Program-made: the position numbers and the translations under genes
Assembly (NCBI GenBank): GCA_020137815.1
Contig: CM035355.1
Coordinates: 3,968,001-4,032,000 of the forward strand
Length of the DNA: 64,000 nucleotides
Origin: Hormiphora californensis
Lineage: Eukaryota > Animalia > Ctenophora
Direction of reading: 5' to 3'
In this document: positions 51,904-64,000 of the stretch, piece after piece
How positions within the stretch are numbered: position 1 is the stretch's first letter
Layout: each line of letters opens with the position of its first letter
The notes under the pieces: generated by a model
The model's database searches: none
Told to the model about the DNA's origin: nothing
What the model saw: the letters and a program-made list of their open reading frames with translations, nothing else

Positions 51904-53375
51904 CTAGTGGAGTCAGTAACAAGATTAGATCCAGGAAGAGGAGCTGGAATGACACAATGATTCACCCTCACTTTATAGGGCGTGACGTAACTTCTGCAAT
52001 CTGCAGCAGCTACATAAACTCTGACAAACAAACATGGTAATAATTCTTTCGCAAAAACAGCTAAACGTCGCGATTTGTTGATTCACAAAACAATGTCTTT
52101 CGATATCGATATCGTCCATGATAATTCTCTGATAAATCTGGGCTGTAATCTAATTTTTCTAACAGCTGTCATCATCTTGAACACCGGCCACTAGGGGCAT
52201 TCTTGAAGGACCACCGGGAGGAGAAGTCAAGACCGGTTGATCTCTTACCACTTCCTCCCTGGTCCATACTTCGTGGAGAGGCACGGGGTGTCTGAAGAAT
52301 ATAGAGATAACTTAGTTCACACGTTTCTGGCAATGCCATGGCATGGGGTTCCTACATTATATACACAAATTGGGCACGTCGCACCCCCTGTTCGCGCCCA
52401 AAGGGCGATCGACGCAGCCAAATACACGAAGCTTTGACTCCATGATTTGTGATATTAATTACCTGAAAGACAGCTGGTGGTGGGGTAATCCTACTTCCCA
52501 GCACCTGAGCAAAACTCCGAGGAGAGTTCATGTCTGGAGATCTCATCGAACTGCTGTTGGGGGATGGAATCTGTGTTAAAAATACGTCTCTTGATTAGGT
52601 GTTTTGTACCATTGGGGCCGGTACATTTAAAAAAATGCCCCTTAGTAAGAAAGATGGTCCCATAGAATGCTTTTCAAACATCACACCCCGATCCAACTGC
52701 TATAACAAGTATTATTGGAAAACCTTGTTGAGTAAGGGGGGAAGATTTCCCCCTTACTCAACAAGGAAAACCAAGGGCGGTTGTGGGAAGTTGGGTCTGG
52801 AATTTTAAATTTGACTTGCTGATATGCTTTATATATAGCTCAGACTCTATTATTTGAAGACCAACAAGGGCGGTTCCTCTTCACTGGGTAAGAGCAGAGA
52901 AGGTGGCCATGGCCCATATTTCTTTATTGCCACCTTGCCTTAATCCGCCATTTAAAACGCATACGTTTACTTAAAAAATTTTGGTGACTAATTGCTCAGA
53001 AACCTGGAATAAATCTTGTCACAGCTTGTGGAATTACAATTTTAAATCCTTCTAACCATCTCTAATATAATGAGGGAAATTGAGGGAGAGAATGAGAGCT
53101 AGCGAGGGAGAAAGAGAGGATGTTTTGTTAAAGCAGCTTGTGGGTCTAACTTAAAGTTATATTGGGTAACGAATGCCCGACTTCCATCTAAAACTATTTA
53201 CAAAGTTCTATCAACATCTTACTACAGTACTGAGTACATACAAAGTTTCATGATTATGATCTCGGCGAATAAATTTAAAGTACTATGATATCCTTCTATT
53301 TCGGGATAATATCAGTCTATGGAACTAGATGTAAAATGCCCTTGTTTCCGAATATCCTAGGGCAGCGGACTATTA

Positions 53376-53614
53376 CGGACCCCCGATTAAACTCCCAGAA
53401 AAACACCCCAGGTTTCCCCCCTCGAAAATGGCTTTGCACATTACAAATTCAATGAAATTGTGCGCCTTCACCACACATGAGACATTGCACGAGACGTAAT
53501 CAGTACACAAACCGCGTTACATTCTCTCAGAGAAGCACACAATTCATAATGTGCAGAGCGATTCTCGAGGGGAAAACCTGGGCTTCTTTTCTAGGAGTTC
53601 AATCGGGGATCCGC
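53376..53614. mobile_element. Diverged MITE-like inverted repeat (~240 bp)
   Basis: cggacccccgattaaactcccagaaaaacaccccaggtttcccccctcgaaaatggctttgcacatta pairs imperfectly with taatgtgcagagcgattctcgagggggaaaacctggggcttcttttctaggagttcaatcggggatccg. Confidence 0.6.
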
Positions 53615-54203
53615 AATCCCCCGTGTAACGCACAAACAAACTGAGCTACCAACTGCAAACCACAACAGAAGTAAAAAGACTCTGTCCTCATATTTTTCAT
53701 ATTTTTTGCCCGGAGCATGATAATATATGCTTTTATTCAGTACAGATACTAATTTATATTAGTATGCATAATATCATATGCACTTGAATAGTAAGCACTT
53801 TGAGTCCTTTCGAGCTCTTAGCAGCTACTAGTTCTCAAACCGATCCATCGTAAGAATGGCAGCGTGCATGCAGAAGATTAATTTTAAAACTACCCACACT
53901 CTCACACAATTGCGTTCTATCTCCATTTATAATCTCTCTATCTTCTTGCGGAGAGTGAGGGAGAGTGCTTTAGTGCAGTTGCAAGCACAACGTGCAAGTG
54001 TTTCCATAGTGCAATATTTTCTGTGTTTTGGGCCTTCTCTCTTCCCCTAGTTAACGTAACAATCTCTCCTTTAACCTTTCTTTGTTTTCGGTACCCGGTA
54101 CCAAACACCAATTTCTCCGATATGACTTCCTCCAAATCTATAATATTTGCCAGTCTTTATTTTTGTGCCAGTTATAAATTTTAATAACCCTTGCCAGATA
54201 GTC

Positions 54204-55388
54204 ATGGTAGATTCAAGCATTGGTGATTCTTCTTACGAGATTTTCTCCCCAACTGCTCCTTCATGCACCACAGCGGAATGCAACCTGCCCCATCTGATCA
54301 AGAGTGACAACGTCACAGATTTCAGAGACACTGCCTTCCAGTGGGCCCAAACGTATCTCGGTGGACCGTGGGCCCGAGCCGAACAGAAGCACTTTCGGTG
54401 CAAGGGTATGAGAGGAGACCTCACTAACTACCAGTACATCTGCAAGTTGATCCTATGGGATGGCACCAATGATGGCATGAAGATCCTCAAGATTGAGAAG
54501 GACTATCCCACAAAGGTCATCCTAAAGGTTTACGGAGAGATTGAGACCCACGTGGGTTTCCATAAAGTTGAGATGATGAGTCTAAACTTGATTCTCTCCG
54601 AGAGGCACTATCTTCCCAAAATATATGCCATTTTCAACGAGGGTAGGTTTGAAGCGTACGAGAAGGCCCGGCAGTTGAGGGCCAACGAGATCAGGAACTC
54701 CGAAATAACCAACCACCTGGCGGACTACTTGTCCGAATACCACAAGCTAAACATGCCCTTTGGCAAGAGTCCAGCCCGTCTTGAGTACCTCCTAGATCAC
54801 TACCACTCTCTGGCACTGAGCGTCCACTTTGATGAAGATGAGGAAAAGGCCCGATTGTTGAAGAAGATCATCCGATATAACATCGATGAGGAACTGGAAA
54901 CTTTGAAGGAAATATGTCTGCCCTGTCACGAGGAGATTGTCTTTTGTCACAATGATGTCTGCGAGGGAAATCTACTGCTGACGGGGAATAAAGATGATAG
55001 GAGGATACAGGTTGGAGGATGTGATATGAGCTCCTATAACTATCGATCCTACGAGTTTGGATCTTTCTTCGCCTCTCTCCAGTTCGATTTCAGCCTGCCA
55101 AAGTTCCCATTCTTTACACGAGACAGGCAGTACATCCCAAGTGATGACTTCCGGAGAGCCATGATAGTTCGATACGTGAGAAGACTGGATCTACCCGTGG
55201 CACAACAAAATGTGACAGAAGAGAAAATGATGGAAAACTCGGAGAAGTTCATGCTCGCTTCCTACTTCCTCCGGGGATGTTGGGCCATCGTTCAGGCTGA
55301 GGTGTCTGAGCTACAGTTTGGATATCTAGAGTATGCTTTGGCGTGTTTCCAAGCTTACTTTGAACACAAAATTTTGAACAACCTGTAA
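54204..55388 (+). CDS. Choline/ethanolamine kinase family protein, probable pseudokinase
   Basis: YLGGPW, RGDLTN, KVILKVYG, FNEGRFEAY, Brenner motif FCHNDVCEGNLLL, SSYNYR and FGYLEYA match the choline kinase family. The IDFEY motif is replaced by GGCDM. First ATG is 54204; the ORF track starts at a TTG at 54147. Confidence 0.88.
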   Translation: MVDSSIGDSSYEIFSPTAPSCTTAECNLPHLIKSDNVTDFRDTAFQWAQTYLGGPWARAEQKHFRCKGMRGDLTNYQYICKLILWDGTNDGMKILKIEKDYPTKVILKVYGEIETHVGFHKVEMMSLNLILSERHYLPKIYAIFNEGRFEAYEKARQLRANEIRNSEITNHLADYLSEYHKLNMPFGKSPARLEYLLDHYHSLALSVHFDEDEEKARLLKKIIRYNIDEELETLKEICLPCHEEIVFCHNDVCEGNLLLTGNKDDRRIQVGGCDMSSYNYRSYEFGSFFASLQFDFSLPKFPFFTRDRQYIPSDDFRRAMIVRYVRRLDLPVAQQNVTEEKMMENSEKFMLASYFLRGCWAIVQAEVSELQFGYLEYALACFQAYFEHKILNNL

Positions 55389-55629
55389 TTTTGATGATCA
55401 AAAAACACAAATTTTCAATTGTTCGATTATTTTGAAGACTTTGCAGGACGTAAAGAAGGGAAATGTTAGAGAGTTTGATCAGAGTAGAATTCAGAATATA
55501 AATTTCAACAGCTTGTGTGTTTCTCAGACGTGAGAAATACGATTTCCCGTACGGTTACCGAATTGCCCGAGATTACGATTTGTTTACGCACGATATTCCA
55601 TCTTGTGCATGAAGACATGAAGTGTTTAC

Positions 55630-56674
55630 TGTGTGCCCTGAATTTTATGTACGAACCTGATCATGGATTTGAGTCGTTTGTTTTCCTCCACCAACTCCTT
55701 GATCTGTCTCTGCAGCTCTGTAACACGGGGCTCACCACGTTTTATCAGCTCTAACCTGTGCCCTGAAAATATACACTTAGCTGTATTTATCTTGTCTGGC
55801 GACCCAACCTGATCTGAGCAACTACTGGCGGCGTCAGTCGCAGTACGTTGCAGATCTGCCCTAACAACGATACACTAAGCATGTTAGTGACCTAGTGTGA
55901 GCTGGCTTCAAGACAAAACAATATTTTGTCTCCACTGCTTGATGATAAAAACATAACCAACAGAATGCATTATATACACTGGAGTTTGTATTATAAACGA
56001 ACAAAGCTTTAAAGTTTCAAGTTAAAACCTAAAATAGTGCATGCTTATGGACGATGTTTTGCAAAGGGCTAACCGCAAGGAGGATTCTAACACAGAGTCA
56101 TGTCTCAAGGTCTAATAGGCTCGTGTCGTATGTGACTTCCCCTCTAGACATCCTGGTCCTATACGACTGTTAGAACATGCTAGGCTGATACGACTTTTCA
56201 AAATACGATTATATAGCAAACTTACGTGTGATGTTTTTTCGTTGGACTTTCTGAAAATCGAGGACTTTGAGTAGTTGTTTGTTTAACTTGGTGGCCACAT
56301 CAATAGGGTCCATGAAGAACAGCTGGATGTCAGGATTCATGTTGGGTTTCAACTGGGTTATGGAACATTTCGACTTGCAGAACTGAAACATGGAATATAT
56401 ATTCAGAATAGAATGGGGTTGTGACAAATTATTCAAAGGAATTCATAGCATATTTATACCGAGATAGCAAAGGCCCTATTATATGTTCAGGAGTCTTACC
56501 AAGCAAGGGAGGCCTTGTTTTGTGTAACACCCGGTACAGAAAATGTGCCCACAGGATGTCAGGATGAACTTTACTTTTTGGGAGGGTGGACTTGTAAAAC
56601 ACTTGTTGCAGTGAACCCAGTCCGCCATACCATAAATACAGCAGGCCTGATCGGGCTAATACAAAGGAGTTCAT
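55630..56674 (-). CDS. Putative unidentified gene (frameshifted ORF pieces plus small spliced exons)
   Basis: Overlapping ORFs 56429-56674 and 56209-56436 look like one frameshifted reading. Small AG/GT-bounded segments at ~55809-55860 and ~55630-55762, the latter with coiled-coil-like ELQRQIKELVEENKRLKS in one frame. No family recognised. Confidence 0.3.
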
Positions 56675-56899
56675 GATTTAGATAGAAAGATCAACTCTCT
56701 TATGGTTTAGGGATTATTGGAGGGTGAATTATTGGGAATATATTCGAAACTACTTTTTCAATTTAAAGTGAAGTGAAACATTTTAACTTAATTTTGAAAA
56801 CAGCATTTGTATTCATAGCTCGAGTTTCTCAGATTGTTTTTCGTGGCATACACTACTCTCTTCGTTTCCTCTGCTTGGAAAATAATCCGACCTCCCCTC

Positions 56900-59800
56900 C
56901 TAACGTGGCCTACTAGGCCTTTTTCTCCTTGGTCCAGTTGTTCGTTTTGTGGTAGCTATGAGCGGCTGGGCTGGATCATCATCACTACTCGTATCAGCAA
57001 ATGAAGTTCGAAGAGGTAGGAACTTGTTGAGTGTCGGAGGAGGGTCGCAGTTCAGATCTTCAAATGGATCTGGTTCTTGATGATCATCAACACAAGAGCC
57101 ATCTAAACAAAGTATGCAATCACTTTTGGCATCTGTCCAACAGTCGATACAGTACATCACTGAGTAACCTGGAAAAGATTTAACTAAAATTAAAGAAACA
57201 ACGATAAAGTTTTAAAATTCAATTAAAAGGTCGTTGATTTGATTGTCTTAGCTGATCTAAGGTTCGGTAGAAAGGTCCTGCAATTACCTTCATTGATGCA
57301 TCTTTCGCAACGTTTGTAAATCTTCTTGTTTTGGCAGATGGTACAGGTATCCTTGAAGAACAGGAGAGTTTGGAGCCAGACAGGTAGACCCGATACACGT
57401 GGTACACACACCTTCTTGTCGCTCACCTGAAACGTGTTAACGATTTGTATAATACAACACCATTAGAAATTATTAGGGTGTTGTGGGGAAGGCTGTCACT
57501 TGTCAAAGCATTGGCGTGACAGAATACAGTACAGGGGAAAGGTACATACCAGAGTATCGAAGCAATCGAGGCGACGCTGCTTCAGGAATCGGTAAAGAAA
57601 CTCAACTCGCTTCTTCTCTCTTTCCGGGTAAAACCACTTGCATATTCGCCTCACCTGCTCGTTGAGAGTAAATCTACAAAATATAAACTTGAGATTATTT
57701 GTTACTAAAGAACATCAGAAAGTACTAATTACCTAATCAATTAGTAATTATAATTACCTCAAGAACATTGAGAAGGAGTGTCAGGAGGACAAACACCCCA
57801 ATAACAACTCTCTTCTTGTGATCAGGGGGTGTTGCATCAGGTAAGCATCTGTTGTTGTCCTGTGTAAAGGACAGATGGTGGAAGGTTGTTTGTCTTTGAA
57901 AGGATTATCCATGACGTTTTTAGTCCACTTTCCACCCGTCATGATCCATCACCACACCCAGTTTGATGTACACTTCGTAGATTATGTAACCTAAAATTCA
58001 GAGATCCGTTACCATGGTGACTATGACAACAAGCAATGGGTTTCCATAGCAACCACTTTACCTGTATCAGCAATGTCTTCAAGGACACCGTACACCTGGG
58101 TATCCAGGAACATGATGACTAGGAACACCATTGAAAATATGAGATGTTTCACAGTGGTGGCAATGAGAGCTCTTGTCTCGTTTCCAGTTAGGAACTTCCT
58201 TTTACCGTCCCTTACAAACGACTAGGGAAATTAGGCAATCATGACGATGGGAAAGAGAAAGTGCGTAGTAGGACAAATGTTTTTTTTTTAATTTGAAGAG
58301 GGCACACACGGTGCCCCCTTCTCCAATGTTTTGTATCTCACACTAAGCTGTAAGCACTGTGGAGCAATACCTTCATGTAAGAGGGCAGAGGAAAAACACG
58401 GTGTTCTTGGGAGAGGGATCTATCTAAAATTAGCAAATCTGTGGTGACAACATCGTTTAGATATGACAGCTTTGTCAGATAGCGAACCTGTGGGAAATTG
58501 TTAAGAAAGGGGGAAAGGGAGAAAGGGATTTTTAAGAACAATCGTCGAGTTCCTCAATTCGCGAATAAGGCAGAGGTCAGTGGATTTTACTGATTGCTGA
58601 GTAATATTAGAGCTTTGCACCTGGTGTCCAATGGAACGTATAACAACCACTCCTAACAGGAGAACAGATAACCATTGTGAGATGAGTGAAACCCATGAAC
58701 CAATATTATCCACCTTAGTCATTAGTTCAATGAACCTGTCAGTGAAGGTGAGTGAGTATGTTTGACAAAGTGTCAAGTGACTTGACTTAGAATGACTTAG
58801 TCCAAATTGTCGAATCAAGCGTGTAATGTTCTCCAATATACCTTACTCTCGTTAATTAAGCTCGCATATTTCAAGAAACTTTTAAATAAGAAACTTTTTT
58901 TCTAGGAAACTACAGGTGTAAGCAATCCAAAAACAAAAAGAATTTCTCCTTTATCAAGAAACTAAACAAGTTAGGGGTGTTCTATTGTGTTGTGGTGTCT
59001 CTGAATTGTGTGATTTACATTTGAAAAGTTTCTTATAAAAAAGTTTCTTACTAAAGCGTTTCTTAAAAAACGAGAGTAGGGACGAATCTCTTATAAAAAG
59101 AAGTGGCTGACTCACTATTTGGTGGAAAGCAAATTCCGGTTGTAACCCACCTATTTTGACCCGCCACGCTCTTTTACCTGTATTTTCAGCCTGTAGCCAA
59201 AAACATAAATCCTCTTAGAATAGGAGTAGAGACAAATCTGAGGGCACTAAAGTGATCAGCGCCCTCGCATTAGTGGGGGTAGGTGCTGGAATTAAGTCTC
59301 TATCTCATCTGGTTAATTAGATAATTGGATAATTAGGTTTGCGCATAACCGTTTTTTGGCTATATGGCTATAGCCGCTTGGGAATGGTTTAGAGACTTTT
59401 CACTGGCGCCATTTTGTAGGCAATAGCCAAGTTATGGGGGGTCGACGTCGGAAAAACGGTAAAAAGCCCGATTTTGAGCATCGATTAAGCCCAATAACGG
59501 CTAAACGGTTGGAGATAGAGCTTAAAAGTCCGACGTCGACCCCCCATAACTTGGCTATTGCCTACAAAATGGCGCCAGTGAAAAGTCTCTAAACCATTCC
59601 CAAGTGGCTATAGCCATATAGCCAAAAAACGGTTATGCGCAAACCTAATTATCCAATTATCTAATTAACCAGATGAGATAGAGACTTAATTCCAGCACCT
59701 ACCCCCACTAATGCGAGGGCGCTGATCACTTTAGTGCCCTCAGATTTGTCTCTACTCCCATTCTAAGAGGATTTATGTTTTTGGCTACAGGCTGAAAATA

Positions 59801-61591
59801 CAGGTAAAAGGGCGTGGCCGATTTGGGCATGTTCTTCACTTTTGCGACCTTACCTATGAACGGGATCGTGTTCAGCGGGTCAAAATAGGTGGGTTACAAC
59901 CGGAATTTGCTTTCCACCAAATAGTGAGTCAAAAAATTAAGATTCGTCCCTACTAGTAAGGTAATTCTTATCTACATGCAGAGTTGTCTCTTCGAAAACA
60001 ACACACTCACATTTCATTGAGTGCAGTACTGGTAATGTTGACACTGTGTCCTGATCTGATATTCATCTTTGATTCTGGGACAACCTTCTTGATGGAATTC
60101 AAATCACGGGCAATTTCCTGGAAAGGAGCATTTCTCAACTCAAAACATTATTTATTTCTATTCCTTGAAGTGGTGACTGGGAACATCTAGCTTATAATAA
60201 CACAAACCACATGCTGGGTTAGTGTGTTGGGTGTGACTAAATTACATCGGTATGCCGGCGATTGGTCTTCTCTGCTGTATTTTGGGTCTCCTTGTTGCAC
60301 CCGTCGTTCTGTTCATGGATTTGGTTACACTTGTCCATTTCATTACTCATCCCCGATTCACAGCGCTTTCTGGGACCGTCTAAAAAATCGCGGGTTTCAT
60401 CATCTTTTTGAAATAAACTCGAGGTCTCATATTATATCAGAAGACCAAAAGACTTTAGTAGAGACAGATTTCCAAGAAAGAACTATCACCGCTATTACCC
60501 GTATTTCGGTGACACTTATTGGCTCCCTGGTTATACATTTCGGTGGGTGACAGGTGCCCTTTGGCTCCATCCTCTGACCGGAGGATCTGCACCATTTCCT
60601 GGTCAGCGAACTTGCTCATCTTCTCACTTTCGTCGTTTATACTTCTACTAGTATTCCGTACTGACTCCTAAAGGTAAGACAATAGATGGTAGAAATGTGC
60701 ATTGCATTGTGCAGGTAGCAGTTCAATATCAACTGCACACTGGAATTAATACATCTGACCAAATTTCTCGATAATCCTGTTCCTTACCATTTGTTGTTTC
60801 ATAATCTGCACGGTAGCATGAGCGGTTGAGTTTGCTTGCTCCACCGTCAGTTGTGCAGAGCACTCAATAGACTTGGCCAGCCGGAGACTATTGTCCGTGA
60901 TGTTGGTTAGGGGTCCTGCTACTAGTAGACTGATTATCACTGCCCTTATCAATGACCTGGAATATCCTCATGATTAGGAACATCATCGCTATTTTTATTC
61001 GTTTTATTGAATATTTATCACCCATGTCAATGATCAATTGTCATGATGACTTATGATCCAAGTAATTGCCATTTTTGGCCATGATATGATTGTTGGTTTA
61101 CCTGCCAACTCCAGAAAAGAGGACAGGTAAGAGGAGAGAGACTGTACAGCGGGCATGGTGAAATGCTATTGCTGAGATGGCCAACATTACCGCTATACCT
61201 GCTGACACCAGTGTTTCTGCTAACCTGAAGTGCAGTTTTAGTATCATTCTCTCTAAATTTGCCTTGTTTGACCCTCCCTGAACAAAACAACTCTAAATAT
61301 TGTCCAGATGAAGTTTAACGTATCTACGAGGGTGATTTTCTGGTGGTTCTAAGGCTTAAATGAAGTATGGATTATTGTTCTAGAAGATTGTTTACTAACA
61401 TACCATCCTCCAGGTAATATCTCACTACTGGACACTGTGTACCAGACTGTGATTCCACAAAACGAGCTGGCCACGGACAGAAACAACAACTGCCGCGAGG
61501 TGAGGGAGGTGGATGAGGGTGTTGTGAAGTGGGCATCGAGCTCTGAGAGGGCTTCATAGAGTGGTTCATCTGAGGTTAATCCTTCCATCAT
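56900..61591 (-). CDS. DC-STAMP domain protein with C-terminal Cys-rich RING-like domain (DCST1/DCST2, sneaky/SPE-42 type)
   Basis: IRAVIISLLVAGPLTNITDNSLRLAKSIECSAQL; TM segments; RRICKWFYP.REEAR-type motif near 57600-57650; C-terminal CTIC...CERC...YCIDCW....CILC. About 12 exons, start MMEGLTSDEPLYEAL at 61591. Confidence 0.8.
59079..59950. mobile_element. Palindromic MITE/foldback in a DCST intron
   Basis: ta|GGGACGAATC ... GATTCGTCCC|ta; near-perfect inverted arms ~59108-59452 and ~59530-59930, with a ~60 bp extra segment in the right arm. Confidence 0.85.
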
Positions 61592-61727
61592 ATAACATGT
61601 CCTAACTAGTGTGGGTGGGTGATATTTATGTTGCTGTTGAAACCGAATAACCAATTATATTTAAAAGTGTTGATTAAAATCTAAAGTTATAAAAATAATC
61701 GAAGATCAATCTTTGAGCACTTCTTCT

Positions 61728-63033
61728 TCAAAACTGTCTCGCCCGAGTTTTAAAAACCCTGACAAGGGTGATAACATTGTCTTGGACACATTTAGTCACA
61801 TAATCATTCGCTGTTCCTTCATCAATTTTCTGTTGGCCCATGGCACAGCTAAGTCCAAAACGGGAGACAACCAAGTCGTAAACTATTGATCGTTCTGCTT
61901 CACAAAGCTTGATGTGTTCTTCGTATCCCTTCATGATGTCCCGTCCTACCTAAAAAACAGGACAAGTGAACAGTAAGTTGACCCGATCTTGTAAGTTGCA
62001 TCGTAGATCATGGTAATCAAGGCGGAGGTCAGATGAAAAAAATGAACATCGATTCGAGGAAAAATTCGTTATTTTAAAGAAACTTTATATATCTACCTCT
62101 GTATTCAACTGTTGCGAGTGGATCATGTAGGCCAGACAGTGAGCAATTTCCACAACCCTAGGTGCCAGAATCATGTCATTAAAATCGATCAGGCCCATCC
62201 CATTATCATCATCGACTAACAGATTATACTCGTTAATATCTCCATGAGACAACTGTACTGGTAACTCCTTTAGACCCTTCTCCATTCTTCTAACACACTC
62301 CATCACTTTCTCTCTGTCCACTCCCTCAGGAAGTTTCCGAGATGATAGATTCTGGGAGGTGAACCTTGGATCCCAGTCGAGCTCCCGATGAAAATCGGAG
62401 GAATCAACACCAGCCATCCTTGAGAGATATCTGGGCGACAGTACGACCCAGGGAGAGCCAGAACGATGGGGGTTGGGGCGTGGACCCTAGAATGTCACCC
62501 GGTATACGTTGGAAAAGGACTAAAAGTCCTTCAGAGACCTGACAAAATAACATCATCACATCATGGTATTACGGTTAAAATGCGGATTATATAATGCATA
62601 ACTTGTGTCTGTAGAATTCTATAATTTGGTGCGAACACCGGACGAATGGAAGCTTGCATTTTTCCTAAACATACCTCGACAATGGAAGTCTTTCCACTTG
62701 CAAGACGAACTTTCGGAGTGTTAAACCCGTCCAAAGCATCAAGAACTCGAGCTAGAACAGTCAGCTGCTCTTTGTTGATTAGAGTCGTATTGTAGTATTT
62801 TGCTATCAACTTTTCTCCATATCCTTCTGGAATTGAAATTGGCGGGTAAAAATATAAGGAGAGAAAGACGAAAGTTGAAAACAAGCTGTACTAATCTACT
62901 GACCGGTAGAAAAAGAAAACATGCGATCATCATACGATTCGAGTTCTCGAACACTATCCAGGTCAGGCCGGATTGAGTAATGTTTCTCCAAATCATTAGA
63001 TAATTCCTTCAATGTCACATTTGGTCGGGACAT
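61728..63033 (-). CDS. HYKK: Hydroxylysine kinase-like (APH/phosphotransferase fold), 4 exons
   Basis: Exons ~62904-63033 (MSRPNVT...RELESYDDRMF), 62675-62827, 62097-62539 (HRELDWD, HGDINEYNLLV, GLIDFNDM, EIAHCLAY; one frameshift near 62420) and 61728-61948 (MKGYEEHIKL..AER...LVVSRF). Confidence 0.75.
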
Positions 63034-63259
63034 TTAGTGATCTGGTCAACTGAGGGATTCAACGTGAAACAGTGGCCGAAATGGAGTCAAAATGGTTCAA
63101 GAAGTGATGGAGGTGAGATTACAATTTCAGAACCAACTGCGATAACAATCTACTTGAGTTTCAAAACCTTGAAAAAATAACACATAGAATGCTCGGAAAG
63201 GAAGGCAGAAGGAAGTAAAGGAACCATGTGTGCAAAGAGGGGTGAACAACAATTCAAGG

Positions 63260-63560
63260 AACAAGAACAAAGTACATGAGCACTTGACGTAGAAAAAAAC
63301 CGCGATCATCATAAGTCGAGTTCGAACACTATCGGGTCAGGTACTGGATGGAGTATTTCTCCAGATATGAGACACTCCTTCATGTCACATTAGGTTGACA
63401 TCTAGTGATCTGTACTGGCTTCAAACGTTAAACATTGTCCCGAATGTCCAAAGTGATGGAGGTGAGTACAACTTACGGAACACACGCATAAGCAATACTT
63501 GGTTTCAAACCTTGAAAAAAAACATATGAACGCTCGGAAAGAAGCAGAATGATAAGGACA
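63260..63560 (-). pseudogene. Indel-riddled duplicate of HYKK exon 1 and upstream sequence
   Basis: Aligns by eye to ~62875-63215 (gcgatcatcata..tcgagtt..cgaacactatc..ggtcagg; aagtgatggaggtgag; tttcaaaccttgaaaaaa) with many 1-2 bp deletions. Confidence 0.55.
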
Positions 63561-63821
63561 CTTTAGTAGGTGTACGTAGAAGAGGTGACAAAACACCATA
63601 CAAGTTCCACAGAAGACACTCACTTATAAAGGTCCTGCAGCTGTGGTACAAATAAAATATACCCGGCCCCTCAAGGGTAATACATGACAATTAATAGTGT
63701 ACTACTGTCTACTATTGCATCGATTAGCCCTTGTTAATTCGTTGACTCCCTTGCTCCCTTCTAGCGAGAAGTTTGAAATATTTTTTCCAGCCTAAGAAAT
63801 ATCCTAGCCAATATATATATT

Positions 63822-63962
63822 CTATAGCACATTCTGAACAAGTGGCACAGTTTCATTTTCTTCTCCTTCGGGGTAAACAATATCAAGGGTCTCAGAGAAA
63901 TGGTCAGGTAGTCGTCGTCCCTTCGTCTCAGGCAGCCACCAGGACGCAATAGCCGGACCGAG
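63822..63962 (-). CDS. Last exon of an MFS sugar-porter/SLC22-type transporter (rest of gene beyond the right edge)
   Basis: After acceptor ctcctgttag the frame reads LGPAIASWWLPETKGRRLPDHFSETLDIVYPEGEENETVPLVQNVL*. LPETKG..LP is the post-TM12 motif of the SLC22/sugar-porter family. This frame is not in the ORF track. Confidence 0.75.
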   Translation of the reverse strand, partial: LGPAIASWWLPETKGRRLPDHFSETLDIVYPEGEENETVPLVQNVL

Positions 63963-64000
63963 CTAACAGGAGAGGAGAATGTTATTGAGAGTTCAGTAAA

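Noticed and set aside
63761-63949. 62 aa ORF given in the track
   Set aside because: Wrong frame; another minus-strand frame carries the LPETKG transporter motif.

Overview
Eukaryotic, intron-rich animal DNA. A ctenophore is my best guess, from the divergent beta-catenin, the intronless LDLa-7TM receptor nested in an intron and the compact gene spacing; this is inference only. Minus strand: the 5' part of an outer-arm beta-type axonemal dynein heavy chain (ATG at 33159, running off the left edge), with CEP78 only ~330 bp upstream. The dynein introns hold an antisense LDLa-repeat GPCR gene, a small antisense ORF with a Regnase/ZC3H12-type UBA-like domain, a 10.4 kb nest of DNA-transposon repeats, and a 9.5 kb TSD-flanked retroposon-like insert. 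That insert has ~450 bp 5' monomers, a structured 3' end and a (CCAAA)n tail, and it contains a poly-G-terminated DNA element that in turn contains a CR1/L2-group LINE. The right half has beta-catenin (+), several MITE/foldback palindromes and a choline-kinase-like probable pseudokinase (+). It ends with a tightly packed minus-strand run: SLC22/MFS last exon, hydroxylysine kinase-like gene, DCST/sneaky-like gene and an unidentified ORF. Many genes carry single-base frameshifts, and there is an N gap with degraded flanks, so consensus indel errors are likely. Exon boundaries were read by eye and are approximate.
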